A DNA stretch of 64,000 bases from an uncultured delta proteobacterium (GTDB taxonomy: Bacteria; Desulfobacterota; Binatia; Binatales; Binataceae): NCBI GenBank assembly GCA_963808235.1, contig CAWEEQ010000004.1, positions 1,248,001 to 1,312,000 on the forward strand, in the 5' to 3' direction. Positions 59,935 through 64,000 of the stretch are shown here, piece after piece; the first letter of the stretch is position 1, and each line of letters starts with the position of its first letter. The translations under genes were made by a program, and so were the position numbers. The notes below the pieces were generated by a model. It was given only the letters and a program-made list of their open reading frames with translations. It was not told the DNA's origin and did not search any database.

Positions 59935-60757
59935 ATGGATACTCCGGAGTTGTGGCAGTTTACTAGTTCTCACTTTAATGAGAAGGCGCGGTGGGGGCTG
60001 GATTTCAAGCGGGTGGCGCATATTCGGCATTCGCTGGTGCCCGGGTTTCATGTTGGGACCGTCAAGCGGATGACCGGGAAGACGCAGGTGCCGGTGCTGA
60101 AATTGAATGGCGAGGTCTTCGCGGATTCGACCCGGATTATCGAGGCGCTCGAGCGGGCGTATCCGGAGCCGGCGCTTTATCCGTCGGATCCTGAGGAGCG
60201 GCGTCGCGCGCTTGAGCTGGAAGACTACTTCGACGAGGAGTTGGGGCCGTATATCCGCGCGGTGGATGTTTTTCGTGATCCTGCCGTATCCGAAGTTCGT
60301 GCGCGCGCTCTTTGTATCGCACGCGAGTGCGAGTGTTCAATTGGCGCATCGCGCGATTTCGCCGGTGATCGGCTTGGCTATGAGGCGGCAAATGAATATC
60401 ACGCCAGCCAGTGCCGAGATCGCGCGACGGAAGACGATTGAAGCGATGGATCGGTTAACGAAAGAGTTGCGGCCGTCGGGATACCTTGTCGGCGATCGTT
60501 TCACAGTTGCCGATCTTACGGCGGCGGCTCTGCTCTCGCCGATCGTTGGACCGCCGGAGTTTCCGTACAAGGCCAACATGCCGCTTCCGGAGGCGAGTGT
60601 GAAAGTCAGGGAGAGCGTGTCGAAGCATCCGGCGTTCGAGTGGACGCTCGGGATCTATCGGCAGCATCGCGGGAAATCCGCGGAAGTCGGAGTCGAGACG
60701 AGTAGGGCGGGGAGGAAAGCGGATGCGCGCACGGCTGCGAAAGTCGAGCGGCATTAG
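59935..60757 (+). CDS. Glutathione S-transferase family protein, frameshift near 60260
   Basis: SHFNEKARWGLD, QVPVL...DSTRII; second frame YLVGDRFTVADLTAAALL. Confidence 0.88.
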
Positions 60758-61430
60758 CTCCAGACGCAATCGGGCGGCTCTGGCGCGCGCTCGATCCGCG
60801 ACGCGAACGCGTCGCAGCGCGCTGGAGAGTCGAGCTGCGATCCTGGAGGCCGCCGAGCGCCGTCTCCTCAATGGAGGTCCGGAGGCGATTCGGCTTCAGG
60901 AAATTGCCGCCGACGCGGGCATCTCGCATCCCGCGATACTGCATCATTTTGGCAGCCGCGAGGGCCTGGTCGAAGCGATGATCTTGAACGGCATCAACAG
61001 GCTTCAAGCGCAATTTATCGAGGGATGGCCGAGCGCGAAGGAACCGGATATCGAGGGCGTCCTCGAGCGGTTTTACGAGGTGACGGCGAATCGCGGGATC
61101 GCGCGTTTGCTCGCCTGGCTGATTCTTTCCGGACATGGACATCGGACGATGAAACCGGGTGTGTTCAAGCCGGCGGCGCAGAGAATGCATGCCGGCCGGG
61201 TGCGCAGAGCGCAGAAGGAGGGACGACGGTCTCCGGAATTGGAGGAGACGCTGTTCGCCGCGACGCATCTTTTTATTCTCGTGCTCGGCGACTCGTTGTT
61301 TGGTCCGAGCGTGCGACGAGCGATGGGTCTCGGCTCGGGCGCGGACAGCACGCGGCGATTTCGGCGCTGGCTGGGGAGAGTTGTGGAGCGGATGGGATCG
61401 GGGCGGTCGGGGGCGGCGCGTGGTACCTAA
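60723..61430 (+). CDS. TetR/AcrR family transcriptional regulator
   Basis: ILEAAE...GPEAIRLQEIAADAGISHPAILHHFGSREGL. Confidence 0.9.
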   Translation: MRARLRKSSGISSRRNRAALARARSATRTRRSALESRAAILEAAERRLLNGGPEAIRLQEIAADAGISHPAILHHFGSREGLVEAMILNGINRLQAQFIEGWPSAKEPDIEGVLERFYEVTANRGIARLLAWLILSGHGHRTMKPGVFKPAAQRMHAGRVRRAQKEGRRSPELEETLFAATHLFILVLGDSLFGPSVRRAMGLGSGADSTRRFRRWLGRVVERMGSGRSGAARGT

Positions 61431-61448
61431 GTCCAAAGCGGGAGCGTA

Positions 61449-61590
61449 GGAATCTTAGTCTCGCCTGCGCGGCTGGCGGCAGGGGTGACCCCTGCCCCCG
61501 GTATTAAGAAAGAGCGAAATGCCGCAACGGCATTTCGCGGGAGTTTTGTGGGAAGATCTTTCGGATTTTGAAACCTTTGAAAGGTTTCAC
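61449..61590 (+). repeat. Single unit C of the three-hairpin repeat family
   Basis: GGAATCTTAGTCTCGCCTGCGCGGCTGGCGGCAGGGGTGACCCCTGC...GCGAAATGCCGCAACGGCATTTCGC...TGAAACCTTTGAAAGGTTTCA. Confidence 0.9.
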
Positions 61591-61669
61591 GTTCCCACGG
61601 GGGTCACTCGGAGGTTGCCATCTTTGCGTTTGTGCGGTCCGATTGGCGGGCCGTCTCGGAATTTGGACG

Positions 61670-61720
61670 CTCACCCGCGCCGCGAAGACGCGCCGCGGCC
61701 TCTCCCTGACAGGGAGAGGC
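61670..61720. repeat. REP-like double hairpin
   Basis: CTCACCC...GCCTCTCCCTG-A-CAGGGAGAGGC. Confidence 0.6.
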
Positions 61721-61734
61721 TATCTGTAGAGGTG

Positions 61735-61983
61735 CTAGAGGCCGGGTTTTTCTCCGTCGTGGGCGTGGCCGATTGCTTTTCGCAGGCGGCTGTCCAGTTT
61801 GCGGCAGTTCAGGATTACTTTTTCCGAATGCACTGACTCGACTGCGTCGATCGGGACGGTGAAGTCGCCGGCGTTCTCGACGTAGATTACGAGTTCATGC
61901 GGAGAGACTTTGCGGACTGCGCCGAATTCCTCGCCACCATCGGAGGCGAAAGCCTGAAAGCCTACTTCGATTTTTTCCTGCAT
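61735..61983 (-). CDS. Small conserved-looking hypothetical protein
   Basis: 82 aa, GGAGA RBS; DGGEEFGAVR...YVENAGDF...AIGHAHD. Confidence 0.75.
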   Translation of the reverse strand: MQEKIEVGFQAFASDGGEEFGAVRKVSPHELVIYVENAGDFTVPIDAVESVHSEKVILNCRKLDSRLRKAIGHAHDGEKPGL

Positions 61984-62016
61984 TGTGATTTCTCCGGTCG
62001 GAGCGTGGGTGTTTTT

Positions 62017-62853
62017 TTATGATACACGGTCTCGCGCGGTGATGCTCGCGAGGTGAATGAAGCTGATCGTCGCGAGCGCGGTGAAGATGACCGCTTGTGC
62101 CGCGTGGATCCAGAAGAGCGCGTCGGTGCCGCCGTCATTAATCAGTCGGCGAGTTGTGTCATGCGGAAAAACCAGGACGAAGAAAGTGAGCAGACCTACT
62201 ATATGGATCGCCAGGCCGGGGAGAATCGATTTGGTAAGGTAAGCGGTGACACTGAGCATCGCGCCGGTCAGGAAATAAAAAATCAGCTTGGGCCACATTG
62301 GAGAGTGCATCGGAGGATGGGGCAGAATCGCGAACACGATGGCGGTGAGAACTATGGCGACAACTCCGGTGCACTCGCGCTCGAGCATCGACTGGCAGTA
62401 GCCCCAGATGCCAGCTTGCTCGAGGATCGGGGAGACGAGCGAGCCCGTCACGACCATCAGGGCGACGGTGAAGCGTGGGTAGGCGGACATGTCGGGCAGC
62501 ACGCTGGACGGGACGCGCACAATTTGCGACATCACTATCCAGCAGGCGGACAAGGCGATTAGCGCGAGCGCGCCGGAGAGTATGGCCCAGGTGAAGACCT
62601 CGCGGGGCACTGGCGTGGCGCGGAGACTGCGGCGTCGTGAGTCCGAGGTGCGCGACGGCCACCATCGCCCACCCAGGTATTGCCAGATGATCCAGAGGAG
62701 AACGATCATCGTCGCGACGGACCATGGGATCGAGGGGGTCGTCTTGAGATTGACGACCAGGATCGCAGACCAGATGGCCTGGCCGAACAGGGCGATGAAG
62801 ATGCCGAGGATAGCGGCCCGGGCGACCAGCAGCACTCGGCTTATGAGCGACAT
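62017..62853 (-). CDS. CPBP/Abi (CAAX-like) intramembrane metalloprotease
   Basis: Multiple TMs; PILEQAGIWG (EExxxR variant), FAILPH, SILPGLAIH. Confidence 0.75.
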   Translation of the reverse strand: MSLISRVLLVARAAILGIFIALFGQAIWSAILVVNLKTTPSIPWSVATMIVLLWIIWQYLGGRWWPSRTSDSRRRSLRATPVPREVFTWAILSGALALIALSACWIVMSQIVRVPSSVLPDMSAYPRFTVALMVVTGSLVSPILEQAGIWGYCQSMLERECTGVVAIVLTAIVFAILPHPPMHSPMWPKLIFYFLTGAMLSVTAYLTKSILPGLAIHIVGLLTFFVLVFPHDTTRRLINDGGTDALFWIHAAQAVIFTALATISFIHLASITARDRVS

Positions 62854-62904
62854 GCGGGACCGATGATAGACGCGTTACCGGCGTAGTGTCTGTAGGAAAA
62901 GTCG

Positions 62905-63705
62905 ATGCTGAAAGTTCGCTCATACGGAAGTTCGGGACCGCAGGTGATCGTTCTGCACGGAGGCCCGGGGGCGTGCGGATCGATGGCTCAGGTGGCGCGA
63001 GGGATTGCCGATTCGTTCCGGGTGCTCGAGCCGTTTCAGAGCGGGACCGCGATGACCGTTGCCGAGCACGTCGCGGATCTGCGCGAGATTGTCGAATCGT
63101 GCGAGGACACTGTCGCGCCGGCGATTGTGGGACATTCGTGGGGCGCAATGCTCGCGCTCGCCTTTGCGGCGGCGCATCCAGACATGGTGGGACCGATCGT
63201 GCTGGTATGCAGCGGCACGTTCGATTTGCCCTCGCGCGAGCGGCTTGGCGCGAACATGAATAAGCGGATGGACGCCGAGATGAGGCGAAAGTTAGATCGC
63301 TTGAAGCAGCTGCCCGATCCTAACGAACGATTCCGCGCATTGGGCGAATTCACGATGGAGCTTTATTCGTACGATCTCGCAACCAAGGATCAGGAGATCG
63401 ATGAGTCCGAGCTGGGCTCGAATAGCGAGACATGGGACGACATGGTGCGGCTGCAAGGTGAGGGCGTGTATCCACTGGCGTTCGCGGCGATCAAATCGCC
63501 GGTGCTGATGTTGCATGGGGCGGTGGATCCTCATCCGGGGAAAATGATCAGGGCGAGCCTAGCGCCGTATATCCCGCAGCTCGAATATCGCGAGTGGGAA
63601 CGATGTGGGCATTATCCGTGGCTGGAGAAGGCGACTCGCGAGGAGTTCTTTGCGGTGCTGCGCAAGTGGCTCCTGGAGCGGCTGCGAGCAAACCTAACCG
63701 TGTGA
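62905..63705 (+). CDS. Alpha/beta hydrolase (proline iminopeptidase-like motifs)
   Basis: LHGGPG, GHSWG, HGAVDP, CGHYPWLE. Confidence 0.9.
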   Translation: MLKVRSYGSSGPQVIVLHGGPGACGSMAQVARGIADSFRVLEPFQSGTAMTVAEHVADLREIVESCEDTVAPAIVGHSWGAMLALAFAAAHPDMVGPIVLVCSGTFDLPSRERLGANMNKRMDAEMRRKLDRLKQLPDPNERFRALGEFTMELYSYDLATKDQEIDESELGSNSETWDDMVRLQGEGVYPLAFAAIKSPVLMLHGAVDPHPGKMIRASLAPYIPQLEYREWERCGHYPWLEKATREEFFAVLRKWLLERLRANLTV

Positions 63706-63849
63706 GCAGGAGCACAAGAGTCGTAGTCTCGCCTGCGCGGCTGGCGGCAGGGGTGACCCCTGCACCCGGTATCTACACGGAGCGAAATGCCGCGGCGGCA
63801 TTTCGCGATTATTTACTGTGGGAAGCGTGAAACCTTTCAAAGGTTTCAC
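63700..63849 (+). repeat. Single unit D of the three-hairpin repeat family
   Basis: GTGTGAGCAGGAGCAC...GCAGGGGTGACCCCTGC...GCGAAATGCCGCGGCGGCATTTCGC...GTGAAACCTTTCAAAGGTTTCAC; includes the hydrolase TGA. Confidence 0.9.
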
Positions 63850-63893
63850 AGATTAACTTTGGTGCCCTTCCTCTCTACCTAACCCTTCGGTTT

Positions 63894-64000
63894 TTACTTC
63901 GCCCAGCCTTTTTCGTACGGGGCCGACATCGTGCCGATTGCGCGCAGGTGCTGGAATTTCCATTCGCCGTTTAGTTTCACGTAATCGTCTTCGTAGCGGG
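63894..64000 (-). CDS. 3' end of a SnoaL/NTF2-like protein (5' part outside the window)
   Basis: RYEDDYVKLNGEWKFQHLRAIGTMSAPYEKGWAK*. Confidence 0.75.
   Translation of the reverse strand, partial: RYEDDYVKLNGEWKFQHLRAIGTMSAPYEKGWAK

Overview
GC-rich bacterial chromosomal window. The gene content (rnj-ftsK-lolA-rimO-dksA block, DUF1329, DUF748, several SDR/TetR/hydrolase genes) is Deltaproteobacteria-like; Binatota is my tentative guess, not something the sequence proves. About 45 CDSs; no rRNA, tRNA, CRISPR, prophage or transposase recognised. Housekeeping genes include lhr, acnA, ilvB, ssb, rnj, ftsK, lolA, rimO, dksA, an Mrp/ApbC ATPase, uvrC and comEC. At least nine genes carry single-base frameshifts, most simply explained as assembly indel errors. 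Most notable: (1) a tightly coupled minus-strand lipid operon (34226-44900) resembling the myxobacterial elb ether-lipid cluster (TetR, HAD-IB hydrolase, LarA/DUF2088 protein, FAR-adenylation-ACP-acyltransferase megaenzyme) extended by a dual-specificity phosphatase, a phosphatidylcholine synthase-like gene and an unknown two-domain protein; (2) an unannotated ~150-nt four-hairpin sRNA candidate with anti-Shine-Dalgarno loops (49357-49505, minus); (3) a ~140-150 bp three-hairpin repeat family (six units) that forms two ~400 bp inverted-repeat elements bracketing an SDR paralogue and supplies stop codons to two genes. All family assignments come from motif recognition by eye; no searches were run.
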